Assembly: GCA_963772365.1 (NCBI GenBank)
Contig: CAVYXA010000004.1
Coordinates: 37,761 to 101,760 of the forward strand
Reading direction: 5' to 3'
DNA: 64,000 bases
From: an uncultured Verrucomicrobiae bacterium
GTDB lineage: Bacteria > Verrucomicrobiota > Verrucomicrobiia > Chthoniobacterales > UBA10450
The position numbers and the translations under genes were made by a program. Each line of letters opens with the position of its first letter. The first letter of the stretch is position 1. Below are positions 27,605 through 34,852 of the stretch, in pieces. The notes beneath the pieces were generated by a model that was not told the origin of the DNA, ran no database searches, and worked only from the letters and a program-made list of their open reading frames with translations.

Positions 27605-27790
27605 GTGGATGCAATCGCCGAAAAACTGAACACGAAGCTGAGTACATGGAAGCCAGAGGTTTCACGTGAAGTACGCGCTGTGGTCTCCGACGTGATCGAG
27701 GCCGCCGACAACGACACGCTCGACCTGCAACGCTCGCGGGCTGTCGAGCAGGAAGTGCTCGACCAATTGGATGAGTCCGCATCCAGGTGA
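27605..27790 (+). CDS. Putative antitoxin of the adjacent MazF/PemK-like toxin
   Basis: 61-aa acidic ORF with a GTG start that overlaps the toxin start by 20 nt. It is preceded by the direct repeat TTGACGTAAAATTGACG (27586..27602). Assignment is by position only. Confidence 0.45.
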   Translation: MDAIAEKLNTKLSTWKPEVSREVRAVVSDVIEAADNDTLDLQRSRAVEQEVLDQLDESASR

Positions 27791-28226
27791 GGTTTGGCTA
27801 GCCGACCTCGGGTTGGCTGCGAAGACCCGGGCAGTTGTGATTCTCTCGCGGCACGATCCAGAGGCGCCCCGCGCACTTGTCGAGTACGTGCCGCTGACGA
27901 TACAAAACCGCGGGAGTCGATACGAGGTCATCCTGCCACAACTGCGTTTTCTACGCGAGACGAGCATCGCGAATGTGCAAGGCATCGCCTCGATTCCGTT
28001 GGCTCGACTCGAGCGAAAGCTCGGCGAACTAGCTCCCGACACGCTCATAGCAATCCGCAAAGTGAGCAACGCGCAACGGACGTCACCCAAATCCAGTCTA
28101 CAAGCTGGTCAGCCCACGAGCGACACTAATGCTCCGCACGACGTAAGCGCCAACGGTACAATCAACTCGACTGATGCAACGATCGTGAAATCCCACTCGG
28201 GCGGCGCCGTTCGTCCGAATGAGTAA
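27771..28226 (+). CDS. PemK/MazF family toxin, fused at its 3' end to a remnant of a dockerin-like gene tail
   Basis: The N-terminal ~105 aa (PGEVWLADLG...KTRAVVILSRHD...ANVQGIASIPLARL) fit the PemK/MazF SH3-like fold signature. The last ~44 aa (DVSANGTINSTDATIVKSHSGGAV) are homologous to the C-terminus of 25544..27532. Confidence 0.65.
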   Translation: MSPHPGEVWLADLGLAAKTRAVVILSRHDPEAPRALVEYVPLTIQNRGSRYEVILPQLRFLRETSIANVQGIASIPLARLERKLGELAPDTLIAIRKVSNAQRTSPKSSLQAGQPTSDTNAPHDVSANGTINSTDATIVKSHSGGAVRPNE

Positions 28227-28231
28227 GTCGC

Positions 28232-29476
28232 CTAACGACAGACGTGCGTTTCCGGGTTCATTCGATATTTCCAGTCAGACCCGTTTGAGCCAGCTTCGCT
28301 CAAAGCGGAATCGACGAGCGAGCGATTCGCGGACAATGTGCAGACCGGATCCGTGTTGGCGGCGTTGCCGGTGAGCAACGCCGCTTGGCAACGGCAGCCA
28401 CCGAAATCGATTTCTTTTTTCGGACAACTCCGACACGGCTCCGGCATCCAATCGGTTCCGCGAAACCGGTTAAAGCTCTCCGATTCTCGCCAGATCCAAT
28501 CGAGCGACTGCTCCCGGACATTTTCGAATTGCATATCCGGAATCGCCGATGATGCCGTCGGACAGGGCGAGACGTCGCCGATCGGATTGACGGTGAGATA
28601 GCGCTGGCCCCAGCCGTTTAGGCACGGTTTCGGCCGCGTTTCGTAATAATCGGGCAGGACATAAAAGATGTCGATCTTACTGGCTAGCCGTTCTTTTGCC
28701 GCAGCCGCGATTTCACGGGCACGCTCGACTTGTTCGCGCGTCGGCAATAACGCGGCCCGATTCAAAAATGCCCAGCCGTAGAATTGCGTGTTGGCCAGCT
28801 CGACCCGATCGGCGCCGAGCTCTTCTGTCAGATCGATCATCTCTTCCAACTGATCGATGTTGTGCCGATGCAAAACGAAATTAAGGCTGAGAGAAATGCC
28901 GGCGCTGCGAATTAGCGCCGCGGCGTGGAGCTTTCGTTGATGTGCTCGCGCGCCTGCGATCTCATCGGCAAGATCGACATCGGCAGCTTGAAAACTGAGT
29001 TGCACAGAATCAAGGCCGGCGTCCCGCAATTCATTGACCCGCTTTTCATCGAGGATGATGCCGCTGGTGATCAGATTGGTGTAGAGATTGGATTCCCGAG
29101 CCGCGCGAATAATCGCGGCAAGATCGCGCCGAACCAGCGGTTCACCGCCGGAAAAGCCAACCTGCAATACGCCCAGCGCTGCCGCTTCACGAACAACGCG
29201 GAGCCATTCCTCGGTGGTCAATTCCGCATGAAGTGCTGTAGCGTGCGCTGTCCTCAGCGCATCTGTTGATGGCGCCGCTCGGCTTCCGCTGAGGAGAGCG
29301 GACGCTACACTGACCGGATTCGAGCAATACGGACAATGCAGCGGACAACGATGTGTCAGCTCCGCCAGCAATGCGTATGGACGCGGCGGCGCTGTAGGGG
29401 AAGCTGATAGCTTCCCGCGTGGCTGCGTTTTAGGGAAAGTGTCAGTTTCCCCTACAGTTTTCTTTGTCGTGCTCAT
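28232..29476 (-). CDS. pqqE: PQQ biosynthesis radical SAM/SPASM enzyme PqqE, with two repeat-derived in-frame insertions
   Basis: LLAELTHRCPLHCPYCSNP (CxxxCxxC radical SAM), GFSGGEPLVRRDL and C-terminal SPASM cysteines (CPTASS...CRSCPKKEIDFGGCRCQA). An ATGA overlap joins it to pqqD. Confidence 0.9.
   Translation of the reverse strand: MSTTKKTVGETDTFPKTQPRGKLSASPTAPPRPYALLAELTHRCPLHCPYCSNPVSVASALLSGSRAAPSTDALRTAHATALHAELTTEEWLRVVREAAALGVLQVGFSGGEPLVRRDLAAIIRAARESNLYTNLITSGIILDEKRVNELRDAGLDSVQLSFQAADVDLADEIAGARAHQRKLHAAALIRSAGISLSLNFVLHRHNIDQLEEMIDLTEELGADRVELANTQFYGWAFLNRAALLPTREQVERAREIAAAAKERLASKIDIFYVLPDYYETRPKPCLNGWGQRYLTVNPIGDVSPCPTASSAIPDMQFENVREQSLDWIWRESESFNRFRGTDWMPEPCRSCPKKEIDFGGCRCQAALLTGNAANTDPVCTLSANRSLVDSALSEAGSNGSDWKYRMNPETHVCR
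29236..29310. repeat. Family C GTAG-REP doublet (REPIN) inside pqqE
   Basis: CTGTAGCGTGCGCTGTCCTCAGCGCA...CCGCTGAGGAGAGCGGACGCTACAC spans 75 nt (25 codons). It encodes SVASALLSGSRAAPSTDALRTAHAT, directly after the radical SAM CxxxCxxC motif. Confidence 0.75.
29391..29456. repeat. Family C GTAG-REP doublet (REPIN) in the pqqE N-terminal region
   Basis: CTGTAGGGGAAGCTGATAGCTTCCC...GGGAAAGTGTCAGTTTCCCCTACAG spans 66 nt (22 codons) and encodes TVGETDTFPKTQPRGKLSASPT. Confidence 0.75.
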
Positions 29477-29757
29477 GCGAACTCGATCAATTTTCGGCGC
29501 TGAAAATCCGAGAGCGTCTCCTGAACATCTGCTGCAATTGTGGCAGGATCGACATCGTATTCTTTGGCGAGGTCGCTGATGATTTCCCCAAGTACCCGCC
29601 CATCACAACGCGCCATGATTTCGTGAGCGGTTTCGTTCAGTTCGACGATCCCCTCTGGATGAAGCAGGACAGATTTACCGCTGGCATTATCAATCTGGAA
29701 GCGAACGCCCGGCGCAAGACGTGGCCGCATGTCGTCACGAATTGTTTGCATAAGCAT
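29473..29757 (-). CDS. pqqD: PQQ biosynthesis peptide chaperone PqqD
   Basis: 94-aa version starting MLMQTIRDDMRPRLAPGVRFQ...LLHPEGIVELNETAHEIMARCDG, which is typical PqqD size and sequence. The 150-aa track ORF extends upstream into pqqC and I trimmed it. Confidence 0.8.
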   Translation of the reverse strand: MLMQTIRDDMRPRLAPGVRFQIDNASGKSVLLHPEGIVELNETAHEIMARCDGRVLGEIISDLAKEYDVDPATIAADVQETLSDFQRRKLIEFA

Positions 29758-30508
29758 GATGAATTGCGTCCAGAATCGCCCAGAGCAGATCGCATTTGAA
29801 CTGGAGCGCGCGAACGGCGGCTTCCTGTAGCTCGCGCGTGTTGCAATAACGCATGGTGATCTCGAGGGCTTCGGTCGAATCCCGCCGGGCTTGAGTAACC
29901 CGCCGCCGAAAATAATCGAGTCCACTTGTGTCGATCCACGTATAAAATTTTTCGAACGCGGCGAGACGCGTCGCCATCAAATCGGGCGCGAACAGTTCCG
30001 TGAGCGACGAGGCGATTGCGACCGGCCATGGCTCGCGTCGAGCGAAATTCACGTAGGCATCGACCGCGAACCGGACGCCGGGCAGAAGATGTCGATCCTG
30101 CAACAAATCTTCTCTCGATAATCCACACGCTTGGCCCAATCGCAGCCAGGCTTCGATCCCGCCTTCTCTGATCGGATTGTCGCCTCGGCTGTCCTGAACC
30201 GATTGCCCCTGTGATCCGCTGAGGACAGCGGACTCTACAGCGTCGATCAGCCCGTCATGATCGACAATCCGATGGACCCAGACCCGCCGCACGTCGCGCT
30301 CGGGACAATTGGAAAGAATGGCGGCGTCTTTGATCGGGATGTTGCGCTGGTAATAAAACCGGTTTGCCACCCAGCCGCGCAACGCTTCCTTCGAAAGCCG
30401 GCCCTCATTCATCGCAAGATGAAACGGATGTTTGTCGTGATAAGCGCGTCCGCCGGTCTCGCGCAGTTTCTCGATGAAAATCTCGCGATCCCAAACCGTG
30501 GCGGTCAT
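29735..30508 (-). CDS. pqqC: Pyrroloquinoline-quinone synthase PqqC, with a repeat-derived in-frame insertion
   Basis: YHDKHPFHLAMNEGRLSKEALRGWVANRFYYQ, RIVDHDG, GGIEAWLRLGQACGLSREDL and LPGVRFAVDAYVNFAR are PqqC blocks. An extra ~25 aa lie between DHDG and GGIEAWL. Confidence 0.9.
   Translation of the reverse strand: MTATVWDREIFIEKLRETGGRAYHDKHPFHLAMNEGRLSKEALRGWVANRFYYQRNIPIKDAAILSNCPERDVRRVWVHRIVDHDGLIDAVESAVLSGSQGQSVQDSRGDNPIREGGIEAWLRLGQACGLSREDLLQDRHLLPGVRFAVDAYVNFARREPWPVAIASSLTELFAPDLMATRLAAFEKFYTWIDTSGLDYFRRRVTQARRDSTEALEITMRYCNTRELQEAAVRALQFKCDLLWAILDAIHHAYANNS
30185..30240. repeat. Family C REP inside pqqC, with a degenerate inverted partner
   Basis: GATCCGCTGAGGACAGCGGACTCTACAG (30213..30240) is an intact GTAG-REP on the minus strand. 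TCGGCTGTCCTGAACCGA (30185..30202) keeps the hairpin but has lost the GTAG head. Confidence 0.65.
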
Positions 30509-31404
30509 AAAACGATTTCCATTCCATCGAATCCGATCTCAACTCCCGCCTTTTCGACTTGTTGTCGCTCCTCTGAGCCGGGCATCAGAATCGGATTGGT
30601 ATTGTTGATGTGAGTGTAAACCTTCCGGCTTGCCGACAAACTGCGCAACAAATCGAGAGACCCGTCGCGAATCGGCAAATGATGCATTTCCTGCGCGGTG
30701 CGCGCACCTGCCCGAACGGCAGATAACTCGTCGTTTGACCAAAAAGTTCCGTCGAACAGGATCACATCGGAGGCGTGGATTGCCTCGCGCAGATGATCTG
30801 TCAGTTCGCCAACCGCCGGCGCGATCACGGCACTCTTGCCGGAGTTTTCATCACGCAATTGAAAAGCAATGCTCTCGGGCAATGGAATCGCGGAAACGGA
30901 AATCTTCAGGCCGGGCAAGATTGAGCTTTGTAGGGCAACCGCTTCGGTTGCCGAGGCAGGCGGAGCGCCTGCCCTACAATTCGTGATGTCTGGGTTCAGG
31001 TCGCGCCATTCTATTCCGCAAAATTGTCTGAGCAGATTGTCGATCCAATTCAGCGCGATCCGCGTGGACCGATCGGCATAAACAAGCAACGGTTGCTCCC
31101 GTTGCCGCAGCAAAACCAGACCCAGCGCATGATCGATGTCCGCATTGGTGAGAAGAACGGCCGCGATGGGACTGTTCCGCAACGAATGGGGCCGCGGTTG
31201 CAGTTCTGGCGTGCTCTCGATTTGACGCGCCAGATCCGGTGAAGCGTTGATGAGAAACCAATGTCGATCATCGGCAGTGACGGCGACGCTCGACTGCGTC
31301 TGCGGTTGAATTTTTCCCGCGCGTGCGGCAAAGCAATTTGGACAAGCGCAATTCCATTGCGGCAGGCCGCCACCCGCCGCGCTCCCGAGAATTCGGATAC
31401 GAAT
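30505..31404 (-). CDS. pqqB: PQQ biosynthesis protein PqqB (MBL fold), probably starting at ATT, with a repeat-derived in-frame insertion
   Basis: The frame is open from the TAG at 31408..31410 and reads (V)IRIRILGSAAGGGLPQWNCACPNCFAAR...SSVAVTADDRHWFLINASPD, the canonical PqqB N-terminus. The first ATG/GTG/TTG is 74 codons later (the track ORF begins at 31182). The ATT at 31402..31404 lies 6 nt after GAGGGT. Confidence 0.8.
   Translation of the reverse strand: MRIRILGSAAGGGLPQWNCACPNCFAARAGKIQPQTQSSVAVTADDRHWFLINASPDLARQIESTPELQPRPHSLRNSPIAAVLLTNADIDHALGLVLLRQREQPLLVYADRSTRIALNWIDNLLRQFCGIEWRDLNPDITNCRAGAPPASATEAVALQSSILPGLKISVSAIPLPESIAFQLRDENSGKSAVIAPAVGELTDHLREAIHASDVILFDGTFWSNDELSAVRAGARTAQEMHHLPIRDGSLDLLRSLSASRKVYTHINNTNPILMPGSEERQQVEKAGVEIGFDGMEIVL
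30928..30979. repeat. Family C GTAG-REP doublet (REPIN) inside pqqB
   Basis: TTGTAGGGCAACCGCTTCGGTTGCC-GAG-GCAGGCGGAGCGCCTGCCCTACAA encodes NCRAGAPPASATEAVALQ. Confidence 0.75.
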
Positions 31405-31421
31405 GACCTACCCTCGCTCGA

Positions 31422-31511
31422 TCAGACAGCAGCCGCGTAGCAGGTGCACTCGAAAAAGATCGGCACGTAGCGCGCTGCGGGTTTGATCCACTTTTTCCTG
31501 TTCGATTTCAT
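31422..31511 (-). CDS. pqqA: PQQ precursor peptide PqqA (29 aa; absent from the ORF track)
   Basis: The minus-strand ATG at 31511 is preceded by AGGAG. The translation is MKSNRKKWIKPAARYVPIFFECTCYAAAV, with the W-x-KP motif and the E-x-x-x-Y pair (ECTCY) that is cross-linked into PQQ. It sits directly upstream of pqqB. Confidence 0.8.
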   Translation of the reverse strand: MKSNRKKWIKPAARYVPIFFECTCYAAAV

Positions 31512-31530
31512 AGACGCCCTTGAGTCTCCT

Positions 31531-31559
31531 CTTATATCGCGAAACTAAGCCGGCTGCAA
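31531..31559 (-). promoter_or_regulatory. Candidate sigma-70-type promoter of the pqq operon
   Basis: The minus strand reads TTGCAG, a 17-nt spacer, then TATAAG, ending 19 nt upstream of the pqqA ATG. This rests on pattern match only. Confidence 0.3.
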
Positions 31560-31565
31560 TGCTAA

Positions 31566-32726
31566 TTGTCTTCTAGCGGTTGCCGGGACGAAACCGCCGC
31601 CGCGCGAATCTGCTGCGAATGTAACTACGTGCACGCCGTGGCGAAGAGGCAAAACAAACGGAAGATCGACAAGGCAGCCGATCCAGGCAAAGCCGCCGAA
31701 GAGGCCGGACTTCGTTACGTCAGCGACGACCGGCCCGGTTATTCGCGCATACGGCGCGGTAAAGACTTCGACTACTTCGACACCGAAGACAAACCGATCC
31801 GCGACGAGCAACGCCTGCTCCGCATCAAGCGCCTGGCCATTCCACCAGCATGGACGGACGTTTGGATTTGCCCCTCGCCTAATGGACATATCCAGGCGAC
31901 CGGCCGCGATGCCCGTCGCCGGAAACAATATCGGTATCACGATCGGTGGCGCGAGGTGCGCGACGAAAACAAATACGACAAGATGGTGATATTTGCGCGG
32001 GCGCTTCCGAAGATCCGAAAACGGGTTGCGCGAGATTTGAGACGCAAAGGCCTGCCGCGCGAGAAAGTGCTGGCCACGGTGGTGCAATTGCTGGAGCGCA
32101 CATTCATACGGATCGGAAACGAAGAATACGCTCGTGACAACAATTCGTTTGGGCTGACCACGATGGAGGATCGACATGTTCAGGTGAAGGGCTCAAAACT
32201 ACGGTTCCGGTTTCGCGGCAAAAGCGGGCGTCAGCATGAAGTCGATGTTTCGGATCGACGGATCGCCAAAATCGTCTCCAAGCTGCAGGAGTTGCGGGGC
32301 CAGGAATTATTCCAGTATCTCGATGACGATGGTGAAGTGCGCGATGTGACTTCGCAGGATGTGAACGATTACCTGCGCGAAATCACCGGGGAAGATTTCA
32401 CCGCGAAAGATTTTCGGACCTGGGCCGGGACCGTCCTTGCGGCGATGGCTTTGAATGCGCAGGAACAATTCGAGACCAAGAAGCAGGCGAAGAGCAATGT
32501 GCGAACGGCGATCAGCGCCGTCGCAGAAATGCTCGGCAATACACCGGCGATCTGCCGGAAATGCTACGTCCATCCAGCTCTCCTCGAGGCGTATCTCGAT
32601 CGCATTTCCATCGAGGGATTGAAGCGAACGATCGCGAACGGCCAGAAGACTGTCGATCTTCGGTCGAGCGAGAGCGCTGTGCTCGAGTTTCTCGAGACGC
32701 GTCTGAAAGAGAAAAACGGAAGCTGA
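31566..32726 (+). CDS. Type IB DNA topoisomerase (bacterial poxvirus-like TopIB)
   Basis: LRYVSDDRPGYSR, IPPAWTDVWICPSPNGHIQATGRDARRRKQYRYH, FRFRGKSG and the catalytic-Tyr block ICRKCYVHP. The TTG start at 31566 is uncertain, and GTGs at 31629 and 31638 are alternatives. Confidence 0.8.
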   Translation: MSSSGCRDETAAARICCECNYVHAVAKRQNKRKIDKAADPGKAAEEAGLRYVSDDRPGYSRIRRGKDFDYFDTEDKPIRDEQRLLRIKRLAIPPAWTDVWICPSPNGHIQATGRDARRRKQYRYHDRWREVRDENKYDKMVIFARALPKIRKRVARDLRRKGLPREKVLATVVQLLERTFIRIGNEEYARDNNSFGLTTMEDRHVQVKGSKLRFRFRGKSGRQHEVDVSDRRIAKIVSKLQELRGQELFQYLDDDGEVRDVTSQDVNDYLREITGEDFTAKDFRTWAGTVLAAMALNAQEQFETKKQAKSNVRTAISAVAEMLGNTPAICRKCYVHPALLEAYLDRISIEGLKRTIANGQKTVDLRSSESAVLEFLETRLKEKNGS

Positions 32727-32741
32727 TTTCGCCGAACGGCG

Positions 32742-33857
32742 TCACTCTTTCTTTTGTTTTTCCAGTTCCGGCAATTCGACGTCCTTATTTTCCAATGTGC
32801 CGCTGAACGCTTTTACAAAAGCGTTTCGAAATGCATTAAACACGGTTTCAATGATGTCCGGTTGCGGATTGTCGAATGTGCCGGCAAACGGGACCTTGGT
32901 GCCGAAGCGATCTTTCGGTTGATTTCGCACAATATGCGTGATCCCGCCGACGATCGCCTGCCAGACAAAGCTCAGTGGATTTTCAGCGTCATGTTCGGGA
33001 TTGAAGATGCTCATGTGGTCGAACACTGGCTCGACATATCCCTGATATGCGCCTTTGCTCGCGCTGGCTTCCATGGCCATTCTGAAGGTGCCTTTCTCGA
33101 AGGTGAAATTGCCATAGGCTTTCGCGAAATCATTTAGTTTGACCAGCGGGATCTCCTTCAGCTCGACGTTCAGTGAAAATGTGGGATTCGCTGCATAAGG
33201 ATCGAGAGCCATTTGCACTCGTCCGTGCCCGGCCTGCAACGGCCGGCCTTTAATCTCGACTTCGGCAATCAGCGTTTTCGAAAGCTTTTTACTGTTGGTG
33301 AGATTGCTCGCGATCATCTCGATCTGGTCCACGGTGATATTGACTTTCGGAGTTTTGTTAAAATCGCGATAATAAATCTCGCCGTCGTGGATGGTGAATC
33401 GATTAATCTTTAGCGGATAAAGTTGCTTGATTTTTTGCGCCCATGGCTCATCCACCGGCGCCTGTCTCTCGGATACGCTCGGACCGTTTACGAGATTCAT
33501 GTTGGGCCGATAAATCTGAATCTCGCCCACCATCGATCTTTCGAAGATGAGCGCTTTCCATTGCACATTAAAATCAATTAGCGGCGCGGAAAAGAACGGA
33601 ACCGGTACATCCCCGCTGGTTTTTTTAATGTCGAGATTGTGAATTTGATAGGCTCCACGCCAGAGATGGAGTGTGACCGCGGCGATGTGCGCACGATAAC
33701 CGTGAATCTCGGAAAGCTTGCGGTTCACATAATCGCGAACCCAGACCGCGAGGTAGGCGTGCACGATAACGAACGCGACGACGAACACCATCAGCAGCCA
33801 AAACCACCAGCGTCGGACGAGCCAACTGAGGCGCACTGTTTTGGTTAACGATTTCAT
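32742..33857 (-). CDS. DUF748/AsmA-like membrane-anchored protein
   Basis: 371 aa with an N-terminal TM helix (WWFWLLMVFVVAFVIVHAYLAVW) followed by a beta-rich domain. The family call is from memory of DUF748 architecture. Confidence 0.55.
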   Translation of the reverse strand: MKSLTKTVRLSWLVRRWWFWLLMVFVVAFVIVHAYLAVWVRDYVNRKLSEIHGYRAHIAAVTLHLWRGAYQIHNLDIKKTSGDVPVPFFSAPLIDFNVQWKALIFERSMVGEIQIYRPNMNLVNGPSVSERQAPVDEPWAQKIKQLYPLKINRFTIHDGEIYYRDFNKTPKVNITVDQIEMIASNLTNSKKLSKTLIAEVEIKGRPLQAGHGRVQMALDPYAANPTFSLNVELKEIPLVKLNDFAKAYGNFTFEKGTFRMAMEASASKGAYQGYVEPVFDHMSIFNPEHDAENPLSFVWQAIVGGITHIVRNQPKDRFGTKVPFAGTFDNPQPDIIETVFNAFRNAFVKAFSGTLENKDVELPELEKQKKE

Positions 33858-34273
33858 GAGAGGCGCTTTCGGGCGCGCCCTAAAGGAATCGTTCTCGAAA
33901 TGCGCCGTGGTTGCACTGCCGCAATCTGCTTATGCTGTGTGTAGACGATCCTCGCGATTCTAGGCCGAGAACGCTTCCTGTCGGTTGCACGACGGATTTG
34001 GGTCAGGATCCATGGCAACTCCAGCACACGTAAAAACAGGCTCGACTCCGTTGACATTGCCGGGATTGTCGGCACAGTGGCGGCGACCATAGAGAAAAGA
34101 GGCGCGCTCTGGCAGCCGCTAGTCCAAACGCAATTCCCTCCAGGCCAACTCGCATTCACCGAGGTTGGTGTTCTGTTCTCCGCGATCAGCGGGACTGACG
34201 AGAACCGGGTTGCCTGGCCTAAGCGCTGCTACCGATCTTCTTCTCAACTAATTCAACCCCCAGTTTTAACGAT

Positions 34274-34813
34274 ATGAAACGTTTCCTAGGTTCTGCGGCC
34301 ATTTTTGTTTTGGTGATGCCCACAGCTTTTGCGCGCATCCAACACACGCGCGAGCAAACTGTTCTGGCTCGAGTGACGGTTTATTGGGCCCATGGAGGAG
34401 CCGGGTCCGACCGATACACGCGTCAGCACAAATGCGCTACCGGCATTCGCCTGCGCCAGGGCCATTGCGCTGTCGATCCTCGGCGGATTCCTTATGGCAG
34501 CCAGGTCATTTTCCCCGATGGAAAATTTGTGGCCGTGGATACGGGAACGGCCGTAATCAATCGGAAAGCAGCACGATTATCGGGCCGGACAAAAGAGGAG
34601 CGGGGCGCGATTGTGATCGATCGATTCTTCGAGCACAAGAGCCAGGCATTGGCGTGGGAGCGAAGGCATTCGCCATTCATGGTTGTTCGGGTGATTCCAC
34701 CAGGCCATCATCCCGCCCAGCAATCTGACGTCAGAGTCGCCAAAAAGACGATTCCGCGAGCTCGGCTGTTTGCAAAGAGAGAAGCCAATTTCGCGACGGG
34801 CTTGTTTCGATAA
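34274..34813 (+). CDS. 3D domain-containing (MltA-like DPBB) protein
   Basis: Signal peptide, then VTVYWAHGG...TGIRLRQGHCAVDPRRIPYGSQVIFPDGKFVAVDTGTAV, which matches the 3D-domain pattern (AVDP..IP.GS...DTG). Confidence 0.6.
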   Translation: MKRFLGSAAIFVLVMPTAFARIQHTREQTVLARVTVYWAHGGAGSDRYTRQHKCATGIRLRQGHCAVDPRRIPYGSQVIFPDGKFVAVDTGTAVINRKAARLSGRTKEERGAIVIDRFFEHKSQALAWERRHSPFMVVRVIPPGHHPAQQSDVRVAKKTIPRARLFAKREANFATGLFR

Positions 34814-34852
34814 ATCTTGGCGGCAGGGGCCAGACTGGATTGACTCAATGAA

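Noticed and set aside
29473-29925. 150-aa version of pqqD
   Set aside because: The first 56 codons overlap pqqC in another frame and have no PqqD similarity. The 94-aa form starting at 29757 matches the normal PqqD size.
29236-31000. Repeated palindromes as a possible CRISPR array
   Set aside because: The units are short GTAG-headed hairpins in inverted pairs at irregular distances, inside coding sequence. There are no constant direct repeats with regular spacers and no cas genes.
33854-34159. 101-aa minus-strand ORF in the long spacer
   Set aside because: It would overlap the DUF748 start region. It has no motifs and no ribosome-binding context, so I treat it as non-coding.
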